The position numbers and the translations under genes were made by a program. DNA of 64,000 nt from Octopus sinensis (Eukaryota), in contig NC_043008.1 of the NCBI RefSeq assembly GCF_006345805.1, forward strand, positions 48,918,001 to 48,982,000, given 5' to 3'. The notes beneath the pieces were generated by a model. It saw only the letters and a program-made list of their open reading frames with translations, was not told the origin of the DNA and searched no databases. Below, piece after piece: positions 1 to 13,572 of the stretch; position 1 is the first letter of the stretch, and every line of letters begins with the position of its first letter.

Positions 1-500
1 TTAACTTTCGGTTTTTATTTCTTCTCTCATAATTATGTTAATAAGCTATTGAGGAAATGAAAGCAAAACAAAAATGTTTGAAAAAATTTTAAGACTATGA
101 ACAAAAATAAAATTCTGGAAAATGATGAAAATAATTAAAGTTTATTATTTAAACGATAATGTCAAAGAAATATATATTTCACTCTTTTTATCTGTCTTTT
201 ATATATTTTTTTAATTTTGTTTGCGTCTTTAAAATATAATTTTTATAAATGATTGTTTTGAAAATGTTTTCATGACGATAACAAACTAATTTTATCAAAG
301 ATAATTAACTTTATCTAAATTTCCTACCTTCTGAGGGGAGCGGGGGGTGTTGATGGCTGCGGGGGATGTGAAGTGAGGTTTCAGGGGATAATTTCTGCTA
401 ATTAAATTGTTTCATTTGCTCTGCTTCACTTAACGACATGTTTTACAAACAGCAATTGCTCGGCTTTTTAAAAACAATTTGTTACAATCTCATCTCTTTT

Positions 501-578
<78 letters not shown>

Positions 579-1685
579 CACACCTTCTCCCTGCTTTCAT
601 CATTTTCTCTTCTCATTTATTTTCCTCTTCCTCTTCATCTTCATTGGCATCATCATCATCATCATCATCATTACTGTCCCTGCTGCTGCCACCGCCACCA
701 CCACCACCACCACCACCACCACCACCACCACCACCAATCGTCATTGTTATTCTCTTAGTCATCATCATTCTACTCCCCTCCCCTGCATGATGATGATGAT
801 GATCATCATCCTCATGTTGGTCCACAACTTCCCTAATTAAACTCCTTCCTCTCCCGTCCCCCCTGCCCTCTCTCCCATAGACTGACCAAGGTCAGTCTAA
901 CAGTTGACCACAAACTGATAGCTCAGTCAATCGTTTATATCCTCTCCTCATAAGCAGGCCACCTGGCTGTAAACAGGTTCTACAATGCTATTGTGTTGAG
1001 CCAAGGTGTCTACCTTTCTCTCTCCTAACAACAAGTTCCCCTCAAAGTTGGTCGGTGCCATTTGAGAGACCAATTCCTTTGACAGATCAAAGCAAATCTT
1101 TCTTGAAAACAATCAAAAAATCCTTTTTGTTTTTCAATTATTCAATTATTTCTGTTTATTTTGCTTGGAAAACAATTTCTTTCCTTCAGAACCAAATGTT
1201 GCTGTTGTAGATTAGTCCCCTATCAATCATGATTGTACAGGCCAATCACTGAACCCTATCAATTTCCTCAAAGACTCTCCATCCAGGACCACCTTGTCGA
1301 ATATGTCTTACCTTTTTTTAAGCTATGGCTGCAGGTATGATGATGGTGATGATGATGATGATGATGATGATGATGGTGGTGGTGTGATGATGGTGATGAT
1401 GGTGATGATGATGACGATGATCATGATAATGATGATAATGATGGTGATGATGATGATGATGATGATGATGGTGAGGGTATTTGTCTGCTATTTCTAGCAA
1501 ATAGATTTCCTTGTGGCTTTTTCTTGCTCCTTCCTTATCCCAGATTTCCTCATTAATTCATATTCCCCTGTTATCTTGTTTATAGCTCCACTTGTTCACC
1601 CACGGGCCATCTTCAATTCCTTCCCTTGGAATAAAAATTATTCTTTCTCTGCCATTATTTTTTTTCTTCCATTTCATTTTTAAAG

Positions 1686-1819
1686 GCCAAAAAAGTCCAG
1701 AACCAAGATTCACATTATTGTTTATCCGACTTCGTTGCTCCTGTCGAGAGTGGACTGACCGACCACATCGGGCTGTTTGCCGTCACTGCAGGCATCGGGG
1801 CCGACACCTTATGCAACCA
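1686..1819 (+). CDS. MTR: Methionine synthase, internal coding exon (upstream exons lie outside the window)
   Basis: AG/GT boundaries; reads AKKVQNQDSHYCLSDFVAPVESGLTDHIGLFAVTAGIGADTLCN, matching the YCLSDFIAP...GLFAV region of the reactivation domain; ends in phase 2, compatible with the next exon. Confidence 0.93.
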
Positions 1820-1874
1820 GTGAGTTATCAATTGCAGTTCTGTGTCTCCTTTTTCATTATTATTTTATTGTATA

Positions 1875-2015
1875 TGTGAAAGCTTGGGGCCTAGATGTGA
1901 AGTTGTGTGATGTGTGGCCTGGTATGTGAAGGCATGTAGCCTGATATGTGAAAGTGTGTAGCATAGAATGTGGCCTGGTGTGTGAAATGTGGCCTGGTGT
2001 CTGAAATGTGGCCTA
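1875..2015. repeat. Degenerate minisatellite of about 19-21 bp
   Basis: Repeated tgtgaa(a)tgtggcctggt-like units just after an MTR exon. Confidence 0.75.
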
Positions 2016-2411
2016 GTGATTAAAATATGGGGGTTATGAGTGTAAAGTCCTGTATTTGATTAATGGCCAGAGTGGTGTGGTATGTCCTTAGACAAGGTTC
2101 TTTATTTCATGTTCCTCCACTTTGCTGAAAAGGATCTTTTAACAGAGAATTAAAAACAAGTCTATAATATATTTAATTCATTTAAAATTAGATATGAAAA
2201 ACAATGGTTGTGTGGTTAAGGTATTTCACCACTAACCACACAGTCATGAGTTCAAACTTCACTCCATTCCATACTTTGCTATCTACTGACAGATAACTCC
2301 TTTATTTTAGGATATAACTTGGTGTTGTTTCCTAAAAGAATAACAAAATTTGATTTGAAAATTACTATTTTTAAATCTCACAACAAGAGATATTCAGCAA
2401 CAGTACTTTGG

Positions 2412-2650
2412 AGTAAAGATTGTTTGCCAACATAACAAGGGAGTCCTGGTTTAGGACGAATGTTGCTGTAATTTAGACCCAGGAGACACAGATATTGTCT
2501 TGAGCTGAGTGCTGGATTCCCTGGTTCGAAAATATAAGGACACATATCGTGTCGTATAGCCAGCTAGAGACGATGTCTCCTGGGGCTAAATTACAGCAAC
2601 ATTTGTCCTAAACCAGGACTGCCATGTTATGTTGGCAAATAATCTTTACT
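2412..2650. mobile_element. Palindromic MITE in an MTR intron
   Basis: About 75-bp terminal inverted repeats AGTAAAGATTGTTTGCCAACATAACA... / ...TGTTATGTTGGCAAATAATCTTTACT. Confidence 0.75.
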
Positions 2651-2936
2651 TGAAAATTTGATTTATTACAATTTGTATTTTATTCTACATTTCACAACCA
2701 TCATTTTGCATTCAATTATAAAATGTTAATTTTCATAAATTTTCCAGCTAGAGTAATTAGCGTAATCAAAGATATACATATTAATTAGCATTCCTCAATT
2801 AGCATATTTAAATTAGTATACTATCACAAATCTTTCATTGATTGATACATCTGATTAAGAAACTCATTATTTATTTTCTTCGTAAAAACATGAGATAATT
2901 AAATATTAATTAATCCAATATTCCATCATTTCCCAG

Positions 2937-3003
2937 GTTTGCTGAAAATCATGATGATTACAATAAACTTATGATACAAGTACTATCGGATCGGTTGGCA
3001 GAG
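2937..3003 (+). CDS. MTR: Methionine synthase exon
   Basis: tcccag|G TTT...; reads (Q)FAENHDDYNKLMIQVLSDRLAE|gtattt, matching DDY..IMVKAL.DRLAE. Confidence 0.95.
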
Positions 3004-3438
3004 GTATTTAGTATTGGTATACATCTTTCTCTCTCTCTCTCACTCTACACTGTGTGTGTGTGTCATCATCATCATCATCATCATTGTTTACTGTCGTTTT
3101 CCATGCTCGCAAAGGTTGGACGGTTTGACTGGGGTCTGGGAAGCCAGGAGGCTACACCAGGCCCCAATCTGATCTGGCAGTGTTTCTACAGCTGGATTCC
3201 CTTCCTAATGCCAACCACTCCGAGAATGTAGTGGGTGCTCATTACGTGCTACTGGCACAGGAACCAGAGGAGCTGACATCGACCACGATCGGATGGTGCT
3301 TTTTATGTGCTACCTGCACAGGGGTCACAACTACAATTTCCATTTGATGTTGATGTTGATGTTGATGTGTGTGTATGAAAATGGATCCATGAAGCTAACC
3401 CCAGTCGTCAGTCATGTATTTTTTTCTTTATTTTTCAG

Positions 3439-3537
3439 GCTTTTGCGGAGAAACTTCATGAAGATGTTCGCTGCCAATATTGGGGTTTCAATACCGAGAA
3501 TATGGAATCCCAAGACCTCCATAGAATAAAATACCAA
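3439..3537 (+). CDS. MTR: Methionine synthase exon
   Basis: 99 nt, phase 0-0; AFAEKLHEDVRCQYWGFNTENMESQDLHRIKYQ. Confidence 0.95.
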
Positions 3538-4218
3538 GTATTTATATCTTCTGTCACTGTTCATGGTTTGATCTTAGTCTAAGCCTGCATCTGTAGATTG
3601 GAGAACATCAGTTGGCAAGGGCTGGGACCCTTTATGATCAGAGTGATCCTGGATCTGAGTATTTACCTGAATGGCCCTAGTAGGGGGATATCCCGTATCA
3701 GAAAGACTCAGTCATTCATGTCTTCCCACTCCTTACATATTCTCCATACTTTCATCTCGTTTCACCCTCTTTTTCTTTATCCTCATCTTTTATGTAGATT
3801 CTCACACAAATTGTTAACTGTCCAGGTAATGTCTCCCTCTTATGATTCCCCTGTGGAAAATAAAATCATCATCATCATCATCATCTGAGTACCAGTAGAA
3901 CTTTCTCTTTGAAGTAGTTAAATCTGGGTGTGTAAGGGGTATGTAGAACAGTTTTATTATTCTGTTGGTTATCCAGGTATATTCTGTCAGAGCTAGGCTG
4001 GGATACTCTCCTCCTCCTCCACCTCCCCTCCCCTCCTTCCACCACCACCACCACAAGTGCCACTGCTGTTGCTGAAGATGGTCCCTCCATTGCCCCTCTT
4101 ACACTAAAAGACACATCAGCTGTTATGAAAATGTTTCTTATATTTAAATGTGCTTTTTTTTTATATATATTTGTTGTATTTGTTCTTATTTACCTTTTAT
4201 ATTTAATCACTCTCCTAG

Positions 4219-4419
4219 GGTGTCCGTCCAGCCCCTGGCTATCCAAGCCAACCTGACCACACAGAAAAACTGACCATGTGGAAATTATTAGAAGCTGATT
4301 CCATTGGCATCAAACTGACCGAATCCCTTGCCATGTACCCTGCAGCATCCGTTTCGGGACTCTACTTTTCACACCCCAAATCATTCTACTTTTCTGCAGG
4401 CAAAATTGCTAAAGACCAG
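4219..4419 (+). CDS. MTR: Methionine synthase exon (SAM-binding reactivation domain)
   Basis: 201 nt; [21 protein letters not shown]...[21 protein letters not shown]...GKIAKDQ|gtaagt. Confidence 0.97.
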
Positions 4420-4671
4420 GTAAGTAAATTACTTATGTATACAGGTGAAATCAATGATGAATCCCCAACACCTGTCATGTTGTCTGACACTCACAGCTTC
4501 CCACATCTTGACATTATCTGTACATGTATCATGTAGTGTCAATAAAGGGTATCAGTGATGCTGAGCAGGGTGTATTCAGGGTGTTGTTGAGCCAATACAG
4601 AACAACACTTGGGAGAAGATTATCAGATTAAAGATTAACCCTTCAGTATTCAATCCAGCTATATTCAAAGA

Positions 4672-4893
4672 TTCAAGCGAGGTCGTTGCCAGTACCGCCT
4701 GACTGGCCCCGTGCCGGTGGCACGTAAAAGCACCCACTACACTCTCGGAGTGGTTGGCATTAGGAAGGGCATCCAGCTGTAGAATCTCTGCCAAATCAAG
4801 ATTGGAACCTGGTGCAGCCATCTGGTTCGCCAGCCCTCAGTCATTCGTCCAACCCATGCTAGCATGGAAAGCGGACGTTAAACGATGATGATG
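4672..4893 (+). mobile_element. SINE/LINE-tail family 2 with (ATG)n tail (representative copy)
   Basis: gagtggttggcattaggaagggcatccagc...aacccatgctagcatggaaagcggacgttaaacgatgatg; more than 15 copies, e.g. near 3063, 7041, 7766, 12265, 16730, 46975, 48435, 48595, 50247, 51280, 53110, 59940, 61715. Confidence 0.85.
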
Positions 4894-5398
4894 ATATCTG
4901 GCCCAAATATTCTACCTGTTTTATGATAAAAGTAACCAGATCTGGCTTCTCAAACTTACCCTGTAATGCCATTCTAAAAATAAGCAATCACATCATCAAA
5001 ATTTCAAAGCGAAGAGATTATGCAGGATTAATTCATGATAACGTGAGTACTAAAGGATTAAAAACAATTTCTAATAATCTTCATGGTTTTTGTTCCTAAT
5101 TTTGGCTTAGATTATTTAATCTTATTATCCATTGGATCATCTGTCAACACAACATCACAATGGAATCCTTTTTAGGGAAGCCCCAGATTTTTGGTAAATT
5201 CAATCCTGTTTTAATTTTATTGGTGACAAAAATGTTTCTCTTTGTGTATAGAAAAGGGAAATGTCCGGATGTGTGTCTGAGCAGTGAGATGTGTTGTGTT
5301 TGTGATTTTGTCATCATTGTCATAGTCATCACCATCATCATCACCACCACCACCACCACCGTCTTCACACTCTCTTTTCTGTTTCTCTCTTCCTCCAG

Positions 5399-5485
5399 GT
5401 AATCAGTTATGCAGAAAGAAAATCCGTCAGTATCGAACAGGTAGAGGAATGGTTGCAACCGGTTCTAAGCTATGCTTCATCCTGA
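5399..5485 (+). CDS. MTR: Methionine synthase terminal coding exon
   Basis: Polypyrimidine tract plus cag; VISYAERKSVSIEQVEEWLQPVLSYASS* matches the MTR C-terminus; candidate AATAAA at 6800-6805. Confidence 0.94.
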   Translation, partial: VISYAERKSVSIEQVEEWLQPVLSYASS

Positions 5486-8054
5486 TCCATCCAGTCTCAG
5501 ACTTTATTCTCTGTGTTTTATACAATTTAATATATTCTATATTTTTATGTATCTTTTTGTTTTATTTTTTACATTTTATTTAACGACAAAAGATTTTTAT
5601 CTCAGGGATTCTGGTATTTAAAATCAAACATCTTCGTTATATTTATGAACGTCAATGAAGAGGTGTTGGCAGGCACAGCAGGCAACTTTCTCATTCATTA
5701 TTTGGGATTTTCAATATAGTTCTCTGTGTGTGTGTGTGTGCAGGGATGGCTGTGTGGGTAAGTAGCTCACTTCACGACCACAAGGTTCCGGGTTCAATCC
5801 TATTCTGTAATACATTGGTCATTTTTCTTCTGCCATGGCTTTAAGTTGCCTAATACCATATGAATAATGAATAACGAATAACAGTGAGTGATTGTGTTAG
5901 TTTCCATAGCTGACAAAGCAGAATGAAACAGAAACACATGTGTCTTATGATTTAATGACATCACTCAAAAAATGTGTATTTACTCAAGTCTCGGTGGCAA
6001 ACTTTCTCTTGAGACTAGTCTCGCAGTGACAGGTCTTATCATGTCTGAATACAATCAAATATATTAAACATGACTTTACATGAATATATTGTAATGAAAG
6101 CTGCTTCATGCAACATTATTTACACATGAACGCATGCAGAGAGAGAGAGAGAGAGAGAGATAGAGAGAGAGTGAGAGAGAGAGAGAAAACGAGAGTCTAT
6201 CAGATGGCTGTTTACTTTCTTGAGTTTATCTACCCTTTGAAAGGTTTTGTTTTTCATCCTACAGAGTGGCCCCGAAACCCATCCTCTTTACTTATGGCTG
6301 GACGAAGTGGGTTTGGTAGGGTCACTGATTTAGTCATTGGTGACCTGACTATGAAACAGATTGCGCTGTGTCACAAGGGACCGACAACACTCAAAAGGGA
6401 CCGGATTCTAATTAAAGATAACATAAACTTAACTATTGTTTATCATGCAGATGGTGTCTCTGCATTTTTTAATTTCTTTTTATTTATTTCTTTTCACACT
6501 TATTTTCTTTCACCCCCCCCCCACACATATACACACACTCTGCCTCTTTTTCGTATATTTTCGAATGAATGATTGAGACACACACACACTTGGCAGAGTT
6601 ATCACAGAGTACATTTCATTTATCTACTCCTCTACACCTGTCCAGTTATTCCATGTGTTGCTTTTGATATTATATTCCTGATCATGTTTTTCTTGTCCCC
6701 TGGAAGTGTTGCTAGAACCTTTGTCTGTGATGCTCACCAATAACATTTTCTGCTGTGATTATATTTAAATGAAACCTGAAAGTCTGTTGTATATTTTTGA
6801 ATAAACTCTCTTAAATTCCCTTCAATTTATTTGTTGTTATTTTCTCTCATTGCTTTGTATAATATTTTATGGCCTACCATGACTTATTCTCTCTCTGCAT
6901 GATACCAGCACGGCCAAGTGCTCTCTGGCCAAAAGGTTTGTTTTCATTTAATGGTTTCACATTGAATCCTGCTGACCAAGTGTCTTCTACTACAGACTCA
7001 GCTCAAACGAAACTTTGATCGACAGAAACCAAAACAAGCTTCATCATTTTCATCCTGATCATCATTGTTTAACATCCGTTTTCTATGCTGGTATGAGTTG
7101 GACAGTTTGACTGGAGCCAGCCAAGACTGCACTGGGCGTCACTCTCTGTTTTGGCACAGTTTTTATGGCTGGGTGTCCTTCCTAGCACCAACCACTTTAC
7201 AGAGTGGACTTGATTTGTATCGTGGATGGTTAATGGGTTGGATGGTTAATGGGCTGGATGTGTGTTGAGGAAAGAGCCAAAATTCTTGAGATATGTAATA
7301 TACACCCATTACCCATTCCTCATCTTCAGTCTCGTTGTAGTTGACATCAGGTGTCTCGCATATGAAATATAACAGAATCAGTGCTGGCTATAATTTCTAG
7401 AGAAACAAGTGATGTGAGGAGCACTGCTAACACAGGTAGAGTACAATAGTGACTCATAAAAACGTTTGGTATACTTTGTAAGATATTGTGGTTGCATAAC
7501 AAAACATGGTGTTCCTACATGTCATGAATGTATTGTATTTATGTATACATGTGATTGTGTGTGTTTGTGTCTTCTTGTCTTGGAGGCAGAGTTTTTCATT
7601 TCCAGGCATGAAAATATGTCAGGCCATGGGGAAATATTACCTCATTTAGAAACAGCTGTTGGTTGGCAACAGGAAGGGCACCTGGCAGTGGAAAATCTGC
7701 CTCAACAAATTCGGTCAGACCCAAGCAGCATATTTGAAAAAGTCAATGTGAAAACAATGAAATGATAATGATGATGATGATATCAACATTTAATGTCCAT
7801 GGGTTTGACGGTTTGACCAAGCTGAGAGGCTGCACTAGACTCTAGTCTAATTTGGCATGGTTTCTACGGCTGGATGCCCTTCCTAATGCCAACCACTCCA
7901 AGAGTGTAATAGGTGCTTTTACATGTCACTGGCATGGGTGCCATTTGTGTGACACCAATATCTGCCACATCTACAATTTCACTTGCCTTGATGGGTCTTC
8001 TACTCAAACATGGCATGTTGCTGAAGGCCTCAATCATTTGTCATTTGTTTATAC

Positions 8055-8114
<60 letters not shown>

Positions 8115-8219
8115 GTATGTATATAATCAAAATAAGCAACTAGGATATCCAAGGTAGTGTAGTACAATCGTTTCATACTACTTCATTTTATTAAACACTG
8201 TAAGTATTACATCAGTTTT

Positions 8220-8598
8220 AAAATGTCGAGCAATCTTCAGCCGCATATAGAATTTTTAAAATTAAATGGACAATGCACATTTTAATACTTATTTCATTTG
8301 CCAACATTACAAAGAGGGTAGATATATAGACAGAGAGGTTAATTTCATCATTAAGAACATGGTAGTAGAAGGTCCTTCTACATATATGGCATGTGAAAAG
8401 CACCATCCGAACATGACTGATGCCAGTGGCCCCTGACTGGCTCCTGTCCTGGTGGCATGTAAAAAGCACCATCTGAATGTGATTAATACCAGGCCTGCCT
8501 GACTGGCTCCTGTAAAGGATGACTTGTCCGAGAAAATAACAATCTTCCACTGCTCTAGGGACCGATTCTGTAGGTTTCTACTCCACTCTAAATGGTTA
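8220..8598 (-). mobile_element. Tc1 transposase fragment interrupted by a SINE piece
   Basis: HLEWSRNLQNRSLEQWKIVIFSDKSSF resembles the Tc1 W..VIFSDES.F motif. Confidence 0.6.
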
Positions 8599-9926
8599 CT
8601 CTTTACTCTCTTACTTGTTTCAGTCATTTGACTGTGGCCATGCTGGAGCACCGTCTTTAGTTGAACAAATCAATCCTAGGACTTATTCTTTGTAAGCCTA
8701 GTACTTACTAAGTTACGGGGATGTAAACACACCAGCATCAGTTGTCAAGCGATGTTGGGGAGATAGACACAGACACTATCTATTCAGACCTATGATGACA
8801 TTTTTCACTGTTCCTTTCCTTTCTCAAAGACACTACAGTCTAAATTAATTCTAATCACTTATTTCCAGATCATTGGTTTGTCCAGGCAGCGTTGATAAAA
8901 TATTAAATATCAATTAAATTCTGGGGTTCATATACCTGACTGTCCCCTGATCCCTACAAATGTCTGGTCTTGTCATGTTGGAAATCTTTATGAAGATACT
9001 GGTAAAGAATGGTAGAAATGGCACCAAATACCTTTTAGTATTTAGGTTTGTTTATTCACAGTCAGAGTTTCAATCTCACCCAACATTATCTTTCATCCCC
9101 TCCTGGAGGTGATACCCTAAATACCTATTTCTTTATTACCCACAAGGGGCTAAACATAGAAGGGACATAAGTATTAAGTCGATTACATCGACGCCAGTGC
9201 GTAACTGGTACTTTATTTATCGATCCCGAAAGGATGAAAGGCAAAGTTGACCTCGGCGGAATTTGAACTCACAACGTAATAATGACAGACGAATTACGGC
9301 TACGCATTTCGCCCGGCGTGCTAACGTTTCTGCCAGCTCGCCGCCATAAATATCCTAAATACCAACCCTTTCTCCTATGGAGTTACGACATTTTCTCCAG
9401 GTTAAAAAACTAGATTTACAAAAAGAGACCATGATTGGTTCCATTGCCAAAATATGAGAGGTTGGCATCATTGGACTGAACTACAGTTGGTTTGGTGCAT
9501 GAGTTTTGAATGTCTGTGAAATTGGTAGAATTGTTAGAGCCTCAGACAAAATGGTTCTGTGGTGACTTTCTCTGCTCTGAGTTCAATTCCTACTAAGGTT
9601 AATTTTGTCTTTCAGCCTTTTGGGGCCAGGAAAAAATTACCAATCAAAGGCAGTAGATTGATGGAACTAAGAACACCAGACTCATGACCAAGCTAATTGA
9701 CACTAATCTTTCCTCTTCTATTATAATTCCATTCACACTTAGAATACATCATAGGAATAGTTATATTAATCCTCCACGTAATTATTTTATCAACATCGGA
9801 ACGATGAGAGGCACAATTAAAGTAAGATACAACATTCTAATTTCTTACATTAATATAGCCTTTGTACGGGTCAAAACGTTGTGAATGTAGCCTTTGTACG
9901 GGTCAAAACATGTCATAAACAGATTT

Positions 9927-10171
9927 CGGTACTACTTAAGAAGAGTGGTCCCGGTGCGCGCACTCGCATAGTCGCCCCAGCTAGTCGTGACTAGTCGATC
10001 CTATGACTACCTAGCAAAGTAAATAAAACACAAAAACTCAAAGTAAATAATTTAAACAAAGTAAATAAAATACAAAAACACAAAGTAAGTATCGACTAGC
10101 CACGACTAGCTATTGCGGATGCGCAACTACGCGAGTGCGCGCACCGGGACCGCTCTTCTTAAGTAGTACCC
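9927..10171. mobile_element. MITE family A, upstream of EXOSC8
   Basis: TIR (C/G)GGTACTACTTAAGAAGAG.GGTCCCGGTGCGCGC; flanks agattt/aaattt; homologous copy at 47247-47466. Confidence 0.85.
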
Positions 10172-10379
10172 AAATTTCAATTGATTTAAATGTTTGCTCG
10201 CAACACTGCATTCACATACCAACTACAACATATTATTCTTAAAACAAGGCTTTATCGAGAGTAAAATCCTTATTTCTTCCTCTCCCACATATAAATATTT
10301 AATACCATTTCGTCGTTAAAGAGCGTCTCATAACCAAGACAACGGAATCAACAAACGGTGAAACGAAACCGAAACGAAA

Positions 10380-10411
10380 CCGGAAGCGGAAATAGAGGCA
10401 GGTCACGTGAC
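10380..10411 (+). promoter_or_regulatory. EXOSC8 proximal promoter motifs: ETS-type CCGGAAG and palindromic E-box GTCACGTGAC
   Basis: CCGGAAG at 10380-10386 and GTCACGTGAC at 10402-10411, 26-58 bp upstream of the ATG; both are typical housekeeping-promoter motifs. Confidence 0.55.
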
Positions 10412-10437
10412 AGGAGAGTGCTTCTTTTCCGAAAAGA

Positions 10438-10555
10438 ATGGCGGAGGATTTCGAAGCTGCTCAACCTTTGGAATATCTGAGGAAATTCCTCAAGAACGAC
10501 ATCAGACCCGACGGCAGGGAACTGGGCGAGTCGCGATCCATCATTGTCAATATTG
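10438..10555 (+). CDS. EXOSC8: Exosome complex component RRP43, coding exon 1
   Basis: MAEDFEAAQPLEYLRKFLKNDIRPDGRELGESRSIIVNI G|gtaac; RPDGR motif; ends in phase 1. Confidence 0.95.
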
Positions 10556-11090
10556 GTAACTATTTGTCCATTTATAAATCACACCATTCTGTTTTAAAGT
10601 TTCCTTTTAGAATTCATTTCCCGCGGCAAATCGACCGATTCGAGAAACATAAACATCTCTTATAAAACACACACACACCCTCTCTCTTATATTTCCCCAG
10701 TTATAAACCCATTCGTGTTCCTATTTGGACATTTCCTGGAGCAGGGATGTTTCAAGGTAACAAATTCCCGTCACACAAACACTTTGACTTGATTCCTTTT
10801 TATTTCCCCACCACTTTCTCTCTCTCTCTGGACACATCGTGTATAAAACATCAATCGGTTCTCTCTCAACTTCCATTTAAATATATCCCATTTATAAATA
10901 CCTGGCCTTATACATAATCGAATCATGCCTTTATTATTATTATTATTCGACGGCTTTCCCTTGTTTGGTATCGAAATTATTGCCATAACACACGTTCCCA
11001 ATAAGTTGGAACACAACACATGCTGAACCCAACTCAGTCGACAGAATTTCCAGCTGATTTAACCTGCATTCAGATCGTCCGTTTATTTAT

Positions 11091-11470
11091 GTCTGTGTGG
11101 TAAGAAGCTTCCTTACTAACCACTTGGTTCCGGGTTCAGTCCCACTGCGTGGCACCTTGGGCAAGTGTCTTCTGCCATAGCCTCGGGCCCACTAAAGTCT
11201 TGTGAGTAGATTTGGCAGACGGAGAACCAAAGGAGCTGGTATATATAAATATATGTATGTTTGTGTGTCTGTGTTTTCCCCCTCCCCACCATCGCTTGAC
11301 AACCGATGCTGGTGTGTTTACGTCCACGTAACGTAGCGGTTCGGCAAAAGAGACCGATAGAATAAGTACTAGGCTTACAAAGAGTAAGTCCAGTCCTGGG
11401 GTCGATTTGTTCGACTAAAGGCGGTGCTCCAGCATGGCCACAGTCAAATGACTGAAACAAATAAAAGAAT
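11091..11470 (+). mobile_element. tRNA-derived SINE family 1 (representative copy)
   Basis: A/B-box head (tgtgtggtaag...ggttcagtccc), internal (TA/TG)n, tail gactgaaacaa.taaaaga; other copies at about 8595-8775(-), 17677-18075(-), 21543-21945(+), 34880-35300(-), 37560-37765(+), 42550-42720(+), 51900-52040(+), 52045-52420(-), 55815-56195(-), 56810-57030(-). Confidence 0.85.
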
Positions 11471-12639
11471 ATATTTCTGTTAAACAAACCCGATTAATCT
11501 CAAACATGTCTATGATATTTATGTGTGTTTATAGATGTGCCTTATCGAAACACACAAAACTCGTCTCACCGTGTTGGTTGTTTTCCTGTCAATTTCTGGT
11601 TTTGTTAATAAACCAATACATAACATTTGATGACTTTGGTATAATGTTAAATAAAAAAAAAAAACTGTGTGTGTGTGTTGGATGTATTTTTGTGTCTGTC
11701 TGCACATACATACATGCCTCTGCAAGTAGATAAGGGTCTTTATTCGTGGTTGTAGTGGAGACGACTTACCAGCACCACCACCCCGAATAAACGCTGCCTT
11801 GTGGGGTAGTTCACTCTGAGAGAAAACAAAAAAACTGGCTGTCAGCTAGACTGGATTTCCAGCAACCTCCTGTCATGTTGGGAGTGGATGGATGGGTAAT
11901 CCTTACCCCTAAATCTTTCTCTCCCATAACAAATGCAGTGATACCAGGCAAATGTGTACCCCTCCCCCCACTGCCCCTATAATACTATAAGTGTAGAGGA
12001 ATATTCTGCCACATGGAACAGGGATTTCGAATCTTGGATTGTCATCTATGTCCCACTGGTTGAGTATTGTGTATCTGCAGCCTGTCTTTCAGAATATGTC
12101 TCAGTCTTGCCAAAAATCTTCAGGCATTTCCCTGAAGCTTGCTTCTTCTGTTTGACATGTTGTCTGTGTATGTGTGGAAGAGGAATCTAATGGATGCGTA
12201 TGTGTGTGTCTATGTGTGCGTGTGCTTCTTATTGTGTGTGTGCTTTTATGCATTTATGTGTGTGGTCGCCTTACTGGCACCTGTACCGGTGCCATGTGTA
12301 AAAGGATTTGAGCAAGGTCATTGCCAGTACTGCCTGACTGGCCCCTGTGCCAGTGACACGTAAAAAGCACCCTCTATGCTCACGGAGTGGTTGGCGTTAG
12401 GAAGGGCATCCAGTTGTAGAAACTCTGTCAGATCAAGATTGGAGCTGGGTGCAGCCATCTGGTTCGCCATCCCTCAGTGAAAATCGTCCAACCCATGCTA
12501 GCATGGAAAGCGGACGTTAAACAATGATGATGATGTTGAATGTGGATATAACAAAAACGTCGCATTTTAAACTTGGAGAAAAAAAAAGCCTTGTTTATTT
12601 GTTCTCACCTGTTTCATTTGTGTAAGTAAAATCCGTAAA

Positions 12640-13250
12640 TTTCTAAGAAGAAGACGAGATCAATGTCGAAAAAGCCGTATTAGTTACAATGCAACATGCA
12701 TCAACGAACTGAAATATTGCAACATGCATGGCAAAGAGGAAGGCACACACACACCTAAACAGGCGACACATGGAGCAGAACAAGCATGCACAGACGTACA
12801 CAAGGCTGTTGACAAGGAAACACGTGCATGTAGTCTCATGGCTGGAAGACTTTCATCAGTTGTTTGGGTTTGCTAGAAATAAGCAACTAATCTCCCTCAA
12901 ATCACACATATTCTACAGAAAAATAAGAAGGCATATTGGACTTGTAATCTCCCATTTACAAAATGATGGGATGGTCACAACTGGATTGCCTTTTATCATA
13001 GGCACCAGATTAACTAATTCCCCAATTATGTCAAAATTTCTGTTTATTCCATTCCAAACATTTTGTTTTGTGCTGTCTTCTCTCATCTCTCGTGAGAAGA
13101 ACTGGAAATTTATGGAAGGTATATTCACCGAATTTTTCTATTTGTGGAATGTATGTATACGCCAGACCATTCTCTTTATAGAATGCATATACATAAAGCT
13201 CTCTATTTGTAGAGTGCATATATATACCAGACATTTATTATTTTTCTGTA
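12640..13250 (-). mobile_element. Possible degenerate Penelope GIY-YIG endonuclease remnant with an adjacent inverted hammerhead-like motif
   Basis: CLVYICTL... and FFSREMREDSTKQNVWNGINRNFDII...FCKWE loosely match the Penelope endonuclease C-terminus; decayed CTAA..GAAGA-AGAC..GTC-GAAA..TA-TTAG at 12643-12683 (+). Confidence 0.35.
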
Positions 13251-13366
13251 TTGTTGAAAATTCAAATTACCGCCTATAAAAGCTTGAAAAGGTTGGCGAC
13301 TAAGCAAGGGAAGTAATCAACCTACTTCTGTAGTAGTTATCTCCCTCTTTCAAGGCTTCGCCATTA

Positions 13367-13572
13367 TAAGGTTGGTGCATAATTATTGCGGCTTTTTAAA
13401 AATAAAATTTATTCAACACAAACTATAACAACATTTAACTAAAACATCTTTAAATGATAATTCTGGAGCATATTCACCATCCACTTCAATTTCTACTTGG
13501 CGTTTTGTTTAAATTTTTTGTTGAATAAAATTTATTGAACAAAAAGCGGCAATAATTCATGCCCCAACCCAA
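13367..13572. mobile_element. Mariner-derived MITE
   Basis: TA-flanked TIRs TAAGGTTGGTGCATAATTATTGCGG / GCGGCAATAATTCATGCCCCAACCCAA, resembling Hsmar1/MADE1-type ends. Confidence 0.75.

Noticed and set aside
438-1500. Poly-His/Pro/Asp/Met ORFs, and the similar IYIY/CVCV/THTH ORFs across the window
   Set aside because: Microsatellite translations within introns or intergenic DNA.
1875-2015. CRISPR-like periodicity
   Set aside because: Eukaryotic intron; degenerate tandem units without unique spacers and no cas genes.
12728-13279. 183-aa + strand ORF in the EXOSC8 intron
   Set aside because: No recognisable domain; the weak signal is on the opposite strand (possible Penelope remnant).
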